Below, one piece after another: positions 14,923 to 31,449 of a stretch of 64,000 nt of DNA. The notes under the pieces were generated by a model. It did no database searches. It was not told the origin of the DNA and saw only the letters and a list, made by a program, of their open reading frames with translations. Source of the DNA: the human T2T-CHM13v2.0 reference genome, Homo sapiens; the NCBI RefSeq assembly GCF_009914755.1, contig NC_060926.1. One strand, given 5' to 3'. Position numbers and translations under genes: made by a program. The stretch's first letter is position 1. Every line of letters begins with the position of its first letter.

Positions 14923-15773
14923 TTCCAATCCTTCAACAATTCCTGTCCCTTTTCTTGATGCGTTTTTCTCACCTTAGCACTGTCTAACATACAATAAATT
15001 TCCCTTTACTGCCTGTCGTCCCCTGCTGGAACGGAAGCTGCATGGTCGATGGTAGGGAACTGAGTGTGGAACTCAGGGAATAGAACCAGGTTGGAAATGT
15101 AGATCAGGAGTCGTCAGCAAAGATGCAACTTTCAAATCTTGAGACTAGACTTTCTTAGGGGGAGGGTGTAACTAAGTAGAGGGCACAGGAAGCACCTAGA
15201 ACAATCTAAAAGGGATTAGATAGAGGAGGAGAGGCCAGGAAAGGGCACTGAGGATGATGGCAAAGGGTTACGTACTAAGAGATGCAAAAGGCAATACAGA
15301 GTGTAAAAATACAAAGCCAGTGCAGCTGACGAAGCCAAGGTTTCTGACATAAACTGAACTGCGTGCCTCCCTCCCACCTGCCCCCACCAGCATGCTCCTC
15401 TTCCCCAGATCCTCGGTAATACAAGCGCACCTTCATCTATGCCACCAGCCTGCTCAGAAGCCTCAGTGTTCTGTTGGCCCTTTCCTCTCCCTCATCCCCC
15501 CTCCACTCTCATCCTATCAATTCCACTTCAGATCTCCCATGTCTATCCTTTTCCCATTACCATCTCCAATGCCCCTGGACCGGGCCATCATCATTAGCAA
15601 CCTGTCCTCCCTGGTCTTCACAGTTTCAGTCTTCTTCACAGTTCCCATGAAACTCAACTTGTAAAAAACCTGATTATGTCACTACCCCCTCTCCAACTAT
15701 AATCATTTTTGTTCTTTGCAATAACTCATTGAAGCGGGTACTCTTATACCTCCATTTTATAAAAGAGGAAACT

Positions 15774-15917
15774 AAAAAAATTAGCTGGGCATGGTGGCAC
15801 ACACTACTTGGGAGGCTGAGGCAGGAGGATGGCTTGAGCCCAGGGGTTAGAGGTTACAGCAAGCAATGATTGCCACTGCACTCCAGACTGGGTGACAGTC
15901 TCAAAAAAAAAAAAAAG
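15774..15917 (+). mobile_element. Alu right-arm fragment (AluJ/FRAM-like)
   Basis: aaaattagctgggcatgg...gtctcaaaaaa. Confidence 0.8.
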
Positions 15918-17410
15918 ATGATGATGATAAAGAAAGAAAAGAAATAAAGGGGGCACAATGGAGGGTCCTACAGTAATATTATTTTGGCCCTGGTCGTAAC
16001 CACTCTACTGCACTGTGGGGTCAGGAGCCATGTCTCTCTTGCTCAGCACTGTGGCTCAGTGCTTACAACACTGCCTGGTACACGATGCTCAGGAGGAGAT
16101 AGCTGGTGGTTTGTCTTCGTTGTCATGACAACTAATATTACTGTCAGTCATGTGTTTCCCAACATGTTTTATCATGAACCACTAATTTCTTGGAATGTTA
16201 GGAGGGGTTCTAAGTAAATAGCTCTATAAACAAATAGCCTTTGGTAACAGTTAAACAGGTGATGAGTTTACTCATTGAGAAGCATCTTTCATTGGGATTC
16301 CTTAACAGGGAGACAGATTAGGTAACATTTCACAAACTTTGAACATGGAACCCGTTTCTTCACAGAGCCTTCTGGGATCAGGGCTCTGCAGAACACATTA
16401 GGAAATGCACTTCTAGCCTCCAAGTCAGGCACAAGCATTTACGTTCCTAGCCTGAGTTCCTATTCCCAAGCCTGCCTCCAGGGGACCCCCCACTATCCCT
16501 CCCTGCAATGTTGTTCAGAGTCCAGAGAGCAAAATTCCATTCTCCTCTCACTACAGAAAGCCCTGGAAGTTGCAGATGTGGGCATGTGAGGCACATGTCT
16601 GCTTAAGAGGATGAACCCAGGAGGGTCTTCAGCTGTTCTTCAGGTGTGGCCACTATGTTTCAAGACGACCAGCAAAACTACAGCTTCATTCACTGAACCA
16701 CTCATGCCTTACCCTCTTCATCAAGGTTTCTTTGTTCCACCATTTTTCCTACTTTTAGAGCCCTATGTTCTTCTCTCTCTGGAGCTGGTTTATCCAAATA
16801 TATGAAGGTAGAAGCAGAAGGGTTGATTCGCAAACTTTCATAAATGAGAATAATATATTTGTTATGTTATTGATTTGGTTGGTCATAGCCTTCAGTATGT
16901 TTTTGACCAAACTAATATGTTTATGGGGGTTGGGGACAGGGTAAAGAACAGGAAGAGTTTTGATGGTCTGCTATCTGCTGAAGTCCAGCCTTACTTATCA
17001 ATATAGATGGGAAACTATAGATCCTGAAAAGATTTCATAAAGACAAAGCAGACAGAAATAGAAGGGTATTTCTGCAATATTGTTAAAAATACTATCTCAA
17101 ACAGTTAACATCACATTTGGTAGAAAAACAGCAAATTGACACATTTACATTTAAATCCAGAAGAAAAAAGATGCCTTGAAGCCCTAAACTTTAGCACTGT
17201 TGTAAAGTTTCAGACAGCACAGCAAAACACAAAATAGTAATAAAATATTGGAAAACGGGCAACATAAGTATTGTACTCAATTGCAAAACTACAGATGATG
17301 TAATGAGAATTCCTTAAAATACTAGGATATGTGATCAATATTCAGAAATGAATAACTTTCCTATATATCAAAACTTACCAGTTAGATTTAGAATATCTAA
17401 CTAAAGATTA

Positions 17411-17798
<388 letters not shown>

Positions 17799-17922
17799 CT
17801 ACATTAGGAAATCTATACATTCTGCTGAGATACAAGACACGAAAAACTGTAGAAAGATGTATGGTAAGAATAAATATCATAAAGATATAACTTTCACGTT
17901 TATAGATTTAATACATTTCTTA

Positions 17923-18234
<312 letters not shown>

Positions 18235-18300
18235 AGATTTAATACATTTCTTATGAGAACCCCTTTGAGATTTTTGGGGAGGTAATCTCACAAAATTATT

Positions 18301-18477
18301 ATTTTTTTTTCTTTCTTTTTTTTAAGAAAAGAAAGATCTCACTCGCTCAGGCTGGAGTGCAGTGGCATGTACTGCACTACACGGAGCTCACTGCAGCCTC
18401 AAACTCCTGGCCTCAAGCAGCCCTCCTGTCTCATCCTCCAAAAGTGTTGGGATTACAGTGAGCCACCATGCCTGGCC
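18301..18477 (-). mobile_element. Alu monomer (FLAM/FRAM/AluJ-like)
   Basis: Short antisense Alu with poly-T. Confidence 0.8.
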
Positions 18478-19188
18478 AACAACAAAATTATTCTAATATT
18501 CACTTGGAAGTTTTAAAAAAACCAACATTGCAACTAGACTAGATGATTTTGATAAAACAACAGTTGAGGGGGCCTCTGCCAGGTATTTTCAGTGTTACAA
18601 AGGTGCAAGGATAGGCCCCTGCAATGGGGCGACCCAGCCTTGCTCAAAAGGGCCCAGCTACTCTGCTCTGCCTTATTTTCTGCATTCCCTGAGGATTCCC
18701 AGGGTGTGGCTTCCATGCTATTGAGACTGCTCTACAAACACGCCGCCCTTTTCTGCATCCTGTCTATTCCACACGTGTTAGCCCCCACTAAGTTGTGTGG
18801 TATCAGTTATACTGTACGTTCTTCAAGAACTGCTGTAAGCTTTTCATTCCATGGCCTGCCTAATGCAGAGCAAGACCTCAGTAGGTGTTTGCGGAATAAA
18901 AAATTTTAACGGCTCCTGAATAGAGAGGTTAAAAATGTAGAAAGGCATCACAGTCCATGTGGGAGAGTAGCTCCATGGTTTCTCTCTATAGATAGCTCCC
19001 CGAAAACACCCACAGTGAGGCTCTGTGAGAAACGGGATTATAGGAGATTTCTATTTTCTTTTTCACCCTTTCCTGCATTTTCTACATTAAACACATGTGA
19101 CTTTAATAACATTAAATATTTCAAAGTTATAAGCAAAAAAAAGTGTAAAAAATCAAATCATAAAAGGCACAAATCAAAGTTATTGTGT

Positions 19189-19879
<691 letters not shown>

Positions 19880-20097
19880 AAGAGACTGATGGATTTCATA
19901 AAAATGTAAAATTTCACATCAAAACAATATAATCCCCAAATCAATTACGTAAGTCCAAACGTGGCAGAGCTGCCTGGCAGAAAAGGCAGAACCACTAGCT
20001 CCATACACAGACACAGGAAACTCTGACCAAGAAGAGCAAGGGTCCCATGCCCTAGGGCCAATGGGGAGTATCTGGAGACAGTGTCAAAAAAAACTCA

Positions 20098-20407
<310 letters not shown>

Positions 20408-21408
20408 ACCTCAAAGGGCCCAGAGGAAGGCAAAACAAGGACACTGGATCCCACAGTTAAACAAAAACAGCTGAGGTCACTTAAGTGGGAATGTTTCTTC
20501 CCCTTGCCGTAGCAGGAGGCTTGGTGTGTCTCATGCAAACAGCCCATTTGCCCTTCAACCCGCCTCCCTGCCAACAACCGGCAGCCCCTCCTGCCACCTG
20601 CTCAGTGGCTTGCCTGTAAGCACAGCATCACTGTCCGGCACAGCTTACCTTTTCTGTAGCCTGGTGACACATGTGATGTCTGTGCTCAGCCCATCCACTC
20701 ATAACACAACATTTCATCTCTATTCCCTGAATCCCAATAATCCTCCCTAAGGATGGCATGATCACTGTCTTCGATGGTTTAAAAGGTTGATAAATGAAAG
20801 ATTTGACTCTTTCTGTGTTGTACCCACCCACAGGGTGGAGAGGAGACTAACAGTGAAATGAGCATTTGGCAAATGGCTGTTCAGAGAGGAATTTCTCAAA
20901 ATTCTAACTGTGGTGGAGCAGTCAAAGGAGAAACGCCAAGGGTCTAGAGTAGAACGTGGTTTCCAGCTGTCTTGACATCAGGGCTGCTGGCCCACAGACA
21001 CACTTCCAGAGCCACCCCTTCCAGGGTCACCATGGCCCAGTCCTGCTCCAGATGCCATCTGCCCAGCAGCCCAGGGGAGAGTGTCCAGCCTTCTAATGTG
21101 AGCCTCAATCTGAACCCCTTTCTATAACAGAGGCCAGACCTCATAATCTCATCAGCAGCTCTGGCCTGCTGCTGCCGTGGCCGCCCTCTCCAGCCACTGG
21201 CGTTAACTTCCAATAACATAGGGACTTCTAAATGAAATCCACTGTAAAAGGACAGGCCATATCACTTTAAAAGACACTTGAAAGCACTTTTGGTAATGGC
21301 AAGATTTGCGATAAGTGTATTACATTATCCCAAGATCCATGCTCACGGTCCACTGTCCACCACTGCACCCTCAGCCCCTGGCCCCTGGCAGGCCAATAGC
21401 AATCTGCA

Positions 21409-21434
21409 GAATGAATGAATGAATGAATGAATGA
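21409..21434. repeat. (GAAT)n, probably an L2 tail
   Basis: Read directly from the sequence. Confidence 0.75.
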
Positions 21435-21775
21435 AGTGCATTTCAGAGACTGCAGCCTCATTTGAGGGGATAATTTGGGGGTAGGTGCAGTTTTAGAGCC
21501 CCTCCTCTATCTGCCACCTATCCAAAGTCCTCCGTGGCCCAACAATCAAGTGCATGTTTAGACTAATAAGCAAATGAAGCCACCTGCAGCTCTATCCTGT
21601 CCCCACCCCTTCAGGACTGTGTCATTTTATACAGGTTTAAATTCCCTATCAAGGATAAGACTAGGCACAAAACATGGGGGGCAGGGGAGGGGATGCAAAA
21701 ACTCAGTAATCTTTTAATGCAATCTTTTAAAAAATCGAAATTAATGCAAAAAATCCATAATAAAATATTCAAATT

Positions 21776-22090
<315 letters not shown>

Positions 22091-22299
22091 AGAATATTCA
22101 AATTTTAAATAAAGACAGGACCAGTAACAATGTACCCTGTGGAGCCATTTTAAGAGTCTGAGGCGAAAGGAAAAAATAGGACTGAATTTTTTCATTACTT
22201 TTGACTTTTTTTAGAGACTGCATTAAAATATTATTTATCTTGATTGCTATTTTGGCAGCCTCTGAAATCCTGTGCTCATGACAAATGCCTCACTGGCCT

Positions 22300-23450
22300 C
22301 ACCCTAGTCGCGGCCCGACCCTGCTAACGGTATTTCTAGAAGATGGGCAGAGGACAAGCCAAACCCCGGGAGGGACCACGCGGCCTGGGAAACAGTTCGG
22401 CAAGGAGGCCGGGCCCCTGTCCCGCCTCTGAGGGCGGAGGACTCGGCCTGCACCGGACCCAAGCGAGGGGCAGTCTGGCCTCTGCTGGCAGAAGCAGCGC
22501 TTCCAAGTATTTTCATATGGTGACTTTGCAGAGCTGCGCGGTCCAGACGAGGGTTTCAGGCTGCAAAGCGGGAAAGTCTTGGGGGCCGCTCTGCGCTCCA
22601 AGACAGACGCCCACAATCTCTTCTACGTCGTGCAACATTCAAGCAGGCGGCCTCCTTCCCGCGCTTTCGCGCCCACAGGCTGGGCCAATCACAGTGCCGC
22701 ACTTTTCATACTGCCCGACAGGCGGTGGGCGGGCCGCTGGTGACTGTTACCCAACAGGCGCCGCGGCTGCTCCGGTGGCGCCACTGACTCGGAGGCGGCT
22801 GCGGAGAGCGGGGCGCTGGCCCGTGGAGGCGGCAGCGGCGGCGGCTTTCTAGCGGATCCGAGGTGCGACGGACAGAGACGCGGGGCGGCAGGTCGGGCGG
22901 CGAAGCCGGCGAGGGCGAGGCCATGGGCTTGAGCGGTCGGGGTTGGCGAACCCCGCGTGTGGCCGGTCCCGGCGGCGAGGCCCGTCCCGCTGAAGCACGC
23001 GGGGACTCCGAACGGCGGTGTAGGCGAGGCCAGCGAGGCGGGCGGGGGACTGGCGCGTTCCTTGGGCGGCACTGGAGTTCCGGCGCCCTCATAGCGGGCG
23101 CCGACACCGCAAAAGTCGTTCTCGAACGAAGTCGCGGGGCCGGTCTCCCAAACTTGGTTATGTCCCCGGGGAAAGCTAGAAATTCGCACATATGCTTCTT
23201 CTTGCCGTGGAGACTGATGGAGCCTCTGCTGCGGGGCGGGGACTCTAGCGAGAGGGGGACGTGAAGTTCGTTCCGTACTCAGGCGTGTGTGCCCCTGACC
23301 GACGCGTAGGACGCCCTGGAGGACGGCGCCAGCTCCTGACCTAGTGTGAGGTGCCCGGACGGTTTCCCTAAGAAGCGCGTATTTAAGATGAGATCTGAAG
23401 TTGAGCGTGAACTCAAGGTGGGGTAGGGGGTGGGCAGGCGAGAGAACGCA
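22300..23450 (+). promoter_or_regulatory. RBM44: CpG island / RBM44 promoter
   Basis: Abrupt rise in GC and CpG content; E2F-like sites at 22655-22672, CCAAT at 22685-22689, GC box at 22727-22733; the only such island upstream of the RBM44 ATG exon. Confidence 0.9.
22780..22862 (+). other. RBM44: RBM44 non-coding exon 1 (TSS approximate)
   Basis: ATG-free GC-rich stretch downstream of the CCAAT and GC boxes, ending at donor GAG|gtgcga. Confidence 0.65.
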
Positions 23451-23466
23451 CAGGGCCTGACTTTTT

Positions 23467-23606
23467 GCATTTTTTTAGTAGAGACGGGGTTTCAACGTGT
23501 TAGCCGGGATGGTCTCGATCTCGGTCTCTATCTCCTGACCTCGTGATCATCCCGCCTCAGCCTTCCAGAGTGCTGGGATTACAGGCGTGAGCCACCGCGC
23601 CCGGCC
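23467..23606 (-). mobile_element. Left-arm-only Alu (AluY/Sc-like) with TSD
   Basis: TSD AGGGCCTGACTTTTT at 23452-23466 and 23607-23621. Confidence 0.9.
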
Positions 23607-23989
23607 AGGGCCTGACTTTTTAAGGAAATGGAAAGGAGGGTGTATCTGGAAGACACCAAGTGCCAAGGCTAACACAGAGCCCGGACCGTTGTAGGGTTTT
23701 ACAGGACTTATTCAGATTTTAATCTGTCTGAAAACAGTGACAGTCCGTTGCTGAGTTTTAAGCAGGAGCGTAACTGATTCGATAAGCATTTTAGAAAGAT
23801 TATTCTGGCCAGATGTGAGGTGATTGTCTGCATAGCTGTGAGAGTCAGGAGTTAAAATTGACAAGACCTCAGGGATAAGGGAGGTGTCAAGGGCGAGTCC
23901 TGTGGTTTCTGGCGATACCATTCCCTGGAGTTTCGTGCACTGGAGGAAATAGTTCGGTAAGTGAGAACTCAAAGAAAATAATAAAAATG

Positions 23990-24400
23990 GGCATGTACCT
24001 AGGAGTGGAATTGCTGGATCATGTGGTTGTCTTGTGTTTAACTTTCTGAGGAAGTGCCAGACTTCTCCAGAGTGGCTGCACCATGTTACATTCCCATCGG
24101 CAATGGATGAAGGTTCTGATTTCTCCATGACCTGCTCAACACTGTTGTTACTGTTATTGTTATTGTCATCCTAGTGGGTGTGAAGTGATATCTTTTGGTT
24201 TTGATTTGCATTTCCTTCATGACTCTTGATAAATTGAGCATATTTTCATGTGTTTATTGGCCATTTGTATATCCTCTTTGTCAAGTCATTTGCTCATTCT
24301 TAATATTGGGTTGTTTGCCTTTTTATTGTTCAGTTGTAAGAGTTTTTTCTATATTCTAGATAATAGACCTCTATCGCATACATGATCTGCAAGTACTTCC
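23990..24400 (-). mobile_element. L1M ORF2 3' fragment
   Basis: ORF 23712-24128 begins with L1 ORF2-like [10 protein letters not shown]. Confidence 0.8.
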
Positions 24401-24728
24401 GTTATACTAAAATTTTCTCTTTGGCAAACGTTTTTAACTTTGGGTGTCTTCATATTTAAGAATGAAGCTTGCAGCACACTGCAGATTTCATTAAATGCAG
24501 ATTTGAGTGTAGAATCAGATGTGAATGAGAATCCAGCTTGAGATAGTGTTGCTCTTCTCACCAATTTTTTGAAAATATGTTTTTAATTTAAAATTTTACT
24601 TAAGTAACGAATGTATTTTCTATGAATAAATTAATAAATATTTGAAAATGTTGCTTTAATTTCTAATATGGTAAGTATTGATGGATATTACCCAAATAAA
24701 AAAAAATACTCCTTGGGACTCTCAATCC

Positions 24729-25627
<899 letters not shown>

Positions 25628-26252
25628 AGACCAGTTCATTTTTATACATAATAACTCTAGTTATCTTATAATCTAAGAAGAAGGAATGACTCTTAACTTG
25701 GAGCCATTCCATATTTGTCCTCTTAAATTGGGATGCTCTGTGCCCTTCTCTGCTTCTTCTTAGCCTGGCTAGCCCCTACTTGACCATCATTTACTTTTTT
25801 GATAAGTTTTTCCTTACCTTTATTAATGCAACTGTGCTATACAATTATTGTCTACTTAACTGTCTTATTTAACCCCAATTGTCTTATTTAACTTTGTGAA
25901 TCCCAAAGTAGGTACAGGTTATATTTTTCTTGGTGAGAATTTTAGTTTTTAATTGCTTTTTTTCCTTTTTTCTATCAAGGATTTGAACATAAAATTAATT
26001 GCTTTTTAAAAACAACTAGCAGTTTGAAAAACTCCAAATATATTTTTGAGCATGTTACATTTTATCCTTTCAGTCAAAATCAATACTAAATGAGTCCTAC
26101 CCCCAATGGCTAACTCTTACTCATCATTCAGATCTGAGGTTAAGTAACTCTCTGAAAAGCCTTCACTAATCCTTAGACTAGGTTAAGTCTTGTATGTTTC
26201 CCATACCACCTTGTGTTTCTCAAAATATCCAGATTGTAGGAATTACTTAGGG

Positions 26253-26519
26253 CAGGGGTTCCCAACCCCCAGCCTGAGCTCTGCTTCCTGTCAGATCAGC
26301 AGCAGCATTAGATTCTCATAGGAACTCAAACCCTGTTGTGAACTGTGCATGTGAGGGATCTAGGTTTCGTGCTACCTATGAGAATCTAACTAATGCCTGA
26401 TGATCTGAGGTGGAACAGTTTCAGCTTGAAGCCACTACCCTACCTCCAATCCTCTGGTCCGTGGAAAAATTATCTTCCACAAAACCGGTGTCTGGTACCA
26501 AAAAGGTTGTGGACTGTTG
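26253..26519 (+). mobile_element. MER1B-like hAT MITE, internally deleted
   Basis: TIR-like ends caggggttcccaacc...aaggttgtggactgttg; internal gtcagatcagcagcagcattagattctcatagg. Confidence 0.8.
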
Positions 26520-26963
26520 TCCTCGAGTATTGTTTCTGGGCCCCAAATTAGGCTGTTGAATCTATATTTTTAATGAGCGCCCTAAGTGATTCTTATATCA
26601 GGTAAGTTTGGGAAAACATACTCTAAATTTATAGAAGATTTATGTGCATCCATCCCCCTTTTGGAAATTGTATGCCTGTTGTGCTTCATAGAGCCAGTGA
26701 CTGATCACCTCTCTGTCCTCAACACTTAACATATAACTTAGAAAACAGGCTCAGTCATTACTGAATAATATATTAAAGAGTGATTCTCCAAAGAAAGGTA
26801 TTCGTCTCTGAAACTGGAAATGTAATTGCTTGGTAATAGGGTAGACATGTATTTAACACCATTAGAAATTGCCCGGTTTCCAAATGGTTTTAACAATTTG
26901 TATTCCCTCAAGCAATGTATAAGAATTCTAGTTTGTCCACATCCTCACCAATATCTGGTGTTA

Positions 26964-27392
<429 letters not shown>

Positions 27393-27885
27393 CTAATGAA
27401 TGTGAAGTGGTACCGTGGTTGTTTAAATTTGCATTTCCCTGATGACTAATGATGTTGAGCATGTTTTCATACCTATAAGCAATTTAAAAAATCTATTTGT
27501 ACAAGTTATTTATGTAATCTGAATAAGCGTCTCCTTTTGGATATATGGATTGTGAATACTTTATTCCAGTCTTTGGCTTGTGTTTCCATTTTTTAAGTAA
27601 TGTCTTTTGATGAGGAAAAGTTTCTTAATTTTGCTGAATCCCAATCAACAACTTTTAAATCAACACCTTTTGTGTTCTAAGAAATCTTTGCCTATTCCAA
27701 AGTCATGAATATATTGTTGTGTTTTGAGAAACATTATAAATTTGGTTTTCACATTTAAAAATATGATTCATCTCACTTTTATTGTGGTGTGAGGTGTGGG
27801 TCCAGGCAATTTTTCCCTCTAGGTAAAAATCTAGATAGTAGAAATATACTTGTGCCAGTACCATTTATTGAATATGCCTTAGACC

Positions 27886-28169
27886 TTTTTTTTTTTTCTT
27901 TTTTTTGAGACAGAGTCTTGCTTTGTCACCCAGGCTGGGGTACAGTGGCGCAATCTCAGCTGACTGCAACCTCTGGGGTTCTGCCTCAGCCTCCCAAGTA
28001 GGTGGGACTACAAGCGTGTGCCACCATGCCCAGCTAATTTTTGTATTTTTAGTAGAGACAGGGTTTCACCATGTTGGCCAGGCTGGTCTCAAACTCCTGA
28101 CCTCAGGCGATCCACCCTCCTCGGCCTCCCAAAGAGCTGGGATTATAGGCGTGCGCCACCACGCCTGAC
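27886..28169 (-). mobile_element. AluS
   Basis: Antisense dimer with poly-T. Confidence 0.92.
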
Positions 28170-30078
28170 CAATACCACATTTTCTTTACCTGGTCTACTA
28201 TTGATGGGCACCTGGGTTGATTCTATGTCTTTGCTATTGTGAATAGCACAGTGATGAATGTACAAGTGCATGTGTCTTTTTGGTTGAATGATTTATTTTC
28301 CTGTGGGTATATACCTAGTAATGGGATTGCTGGGTCAAATGGTAGCTCTGTTTTAAGTTGAGAAATCTCCAGAATGTTTTCCACAGTAGTTGGACTAATT
28401 TACATTCCCACCAACAGTTCCCCTTTCTCCACAGCCTTGCCAGCATCTGTTGTTTTTTGACTTCTTGATAATAGCCATTCTGGCTGGTGTGAGATGGTAT
28501 TAATTACATTGTGGTTTTGATTTGCATTTCTCTGATGATTAGTGATGCTGAACATTTTTTTATATTTGTTAGCTGCTCATGTTTTCTCTTGAGACGTGTC
28601 TGTTTATGTCCTTTGCCCATTTTTTAATAAAGTTATTTGTTTTTCACTTGTTGATTTGTTTCAATTCCCTATAGATTCTGGATATTAGGCCAGAATCTAT
28701 AGGTAGCAGATGCATAGTTTGCAAATATCTTCCCCCATTCTATAGGTTGTCTGTTTACTCTGTTGATAGTGTCTTTTGCTGTGCATAAGCTCTTTAGTTT
28801 AATTAGGTGCCACTTGTCTTTTTTTTCTTTCTGCAATTGTTTTTGGGGACTTACACATTCTTTGCCAAGGCAAACCAACAGCCAACATTATACTGAATGG
28901 GCAGAAGCTCGAACTATTCCTCCTGAGAACTGGAACAAGACAAGGATGCTCACTTTCACCACTCTTACTCATTGTAATACTGGAAGTCCTCGCCAGAGCA
29001 ATCGAGCAAGAGAAAGAAATAAAAGGCATCCAAATAGGAAGAGAGGAAGTCAAACTGTCTCTGCAGACTATATGATTCTATACCTAGAAAACCCCATAGT
29101 CTATTCCTAAAAGCTCCTAGATCTGATAAACACCTTCTGAAAAGTTTCAGGATATATCAGTGTATAAAAACCAGTAGCATTTATATACGCCAACAATGAC
29201 AAGGCTGAGAATGAAATCAAGAACATAATACCACTTACAATAGTCACAAAGAAAATGAAATGCCTAGGAATACAGCTTACCAGGGAGGTGAAAGATCTCT
29301 ACAAGGCGTACTGTAAAGCACTGCTGAAAGAAATCAGACAACACAAATAAATGGAAAAACATTCCATGCTCATGGATAAAAAGAATAAATATTGTAAAAA
29401 TGGCCATACTCCCCAAATCAATCTACAGATTCAACACTATTCCTATGAAACTACCAATATTATTTTTCACACAATTAGAAAAAACTATTCTAAATTCATA
29501 TGGAACCAAGAAAGAGCCTGAATAGCCAAAGCAATGGGAGAAGGACTCCCTTATTCAATAAATGGTGCTGGAATAACTGTCTAGTCATTAGTCATATGCA
29601 GAAGATTGGAGATAGACCTCTACCTTTCACCATATACAAAAATTAACTGAAAATGAATCAAAGACTTAAATGTAAGACCTCGAGGCCAGGTGCAGTGGCT
29701 CAGGCCTGTAACCCTAGCACTTTGTGAGGCCAAGGCGGGAGGATTGCTTGGGCCCAGGAGTTTGAGACCCGCCTGGACAACATAGGGAGACCCTGTCTCT
29801 ACAGAAAATTTTAAAATTAGCCAGGCATGGTGTTGTACACCTGTAGTCCCAGCTACTCAAGGGGGTAGGTGGGGGAGTGCTAAGGTGGGAGGATCACTTG
29901 AGCCTGGGAGGTCAAGGCTGCAGTGAGCTCTGATGGCACCACTTTACTCCAGCCTGGGTGACAGAACAAGACCCTGTCTCAAAAAAATTAAAACAACAAC
30001 AACAACAAAAGAGTAAGACCATAAACTATAAAAATCTTAGAAGACAACCTAGGAAATACTCTTCTTGACATCAGCCTT
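28170..30078. mobile_element. L1 (L1PB-like) with 5' inversion: 28170-28870 minus, 28871-30078 plus; AluJ(+) inserted at 29684-30010
   Basis: Minus part is the ORF2 3' region ([24 protein letters not shown]). Plus part starts in the RT region (aaaccaacagccaacattatactgaatggg = [10 protein letters not shown]). Confidence 0.88.
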
Positions 30079-31144
30079 ATTTATTTCTTCTTGTATTCAT
30101 TTTGGAAGGTGGTTTTCAAGGAAGTTTGTCCACCTGAGTTGTAGAATTTGGCAGATAAAGTTGTTTATTATATCCTCTGTAATTTTAGTGGCTGTAGATA
30201 CCATAATAATGTTCCTTTACTATTCATGACATTGGTATTTTGTGTTGTCTCTTTTTCTTAGATACGTCTAAGAAAGGGATAAGAAGGGTTATAAATTTTG
30301 TCAGTCTTTTTAAAGAAACAATTTCTGGTTCTATTAACTTTTATCTATTCATCTATTTTGTTTACTTCTCCTCTTTTATTATTTCCATCCTACTTTCTTT
30401 GGGCTTAATATTCCTGCTTTTTCTAGTTTCTTAAAATAGAACCTGTATGAGAAAACTGTTATATGACACAGTGTAGGACTGTGATTTCTGAGAGAAAGGA
30501 AACACCCAGCGTGAGTCCTATGATGATAGCCTGGCTTCCTGCCTGGAAGCACATTGCAGACCATGGAAAAAGAACAAGGACTTCAAGCAAAGCAGAGGTC
30601 TCCCTGAGTTGAGACAGAGATTGGAGTTCAGAAAGGCTAAGGCGTTAGAAATTGCAGGACAGTGTTCCTGAGAGAAGGGAGATATATAAAAGAAAAGCTC
30701 CAGAAATCTGCAGGGGGACTCCCCCTTGAGACTTGTCAAACACTAATATGTGTATTTGTAGTTACAGACTGATGAAGTTATCCCATGCCTTGACCTTAAT
30801 GTATATTTCTTCTACCCAGAGCATTCTGCTCAGAAGTTGCCCACCTGGCAAGGAGTTTTGAAAATGGGTGGGGTGGGGGGTGCGGGGAGTTTAGTAAGTC
30901 CCACTGTCACTGCCACAATATCTACTTTTTAATATTTCTCAATTTTATAAGATTGTTATCTTTTTCATAAATTCTCTAAAACTGCATATTTTCATTTATA
31001 AGTAGCTAAACGTATCATTTTAATAGTTTGTCTTTAAATCAAGAGATTTCACTCTGTCATGTAAGAACTTCATTTAAGTTTTTAATAATAAGGATAATGA
31101 CAGGCTAAGTAATTCAGGCCTCTTATTCACTGAAGGCAATTTAA

Positions 31145-31449
<305 letters not shown>

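Noticed and set aside
22299-23264. Overlapping 105-169 aa ORFs on both strands
   Set aside because: Stop-poor GC-rich CpG island; low-complexity Arg/Gly/Pro/Ala translations with no recognisable domain.
23417-23438. G-quadruplex at the island 3' edge
   Set aside because: Only three runs of three or more G.
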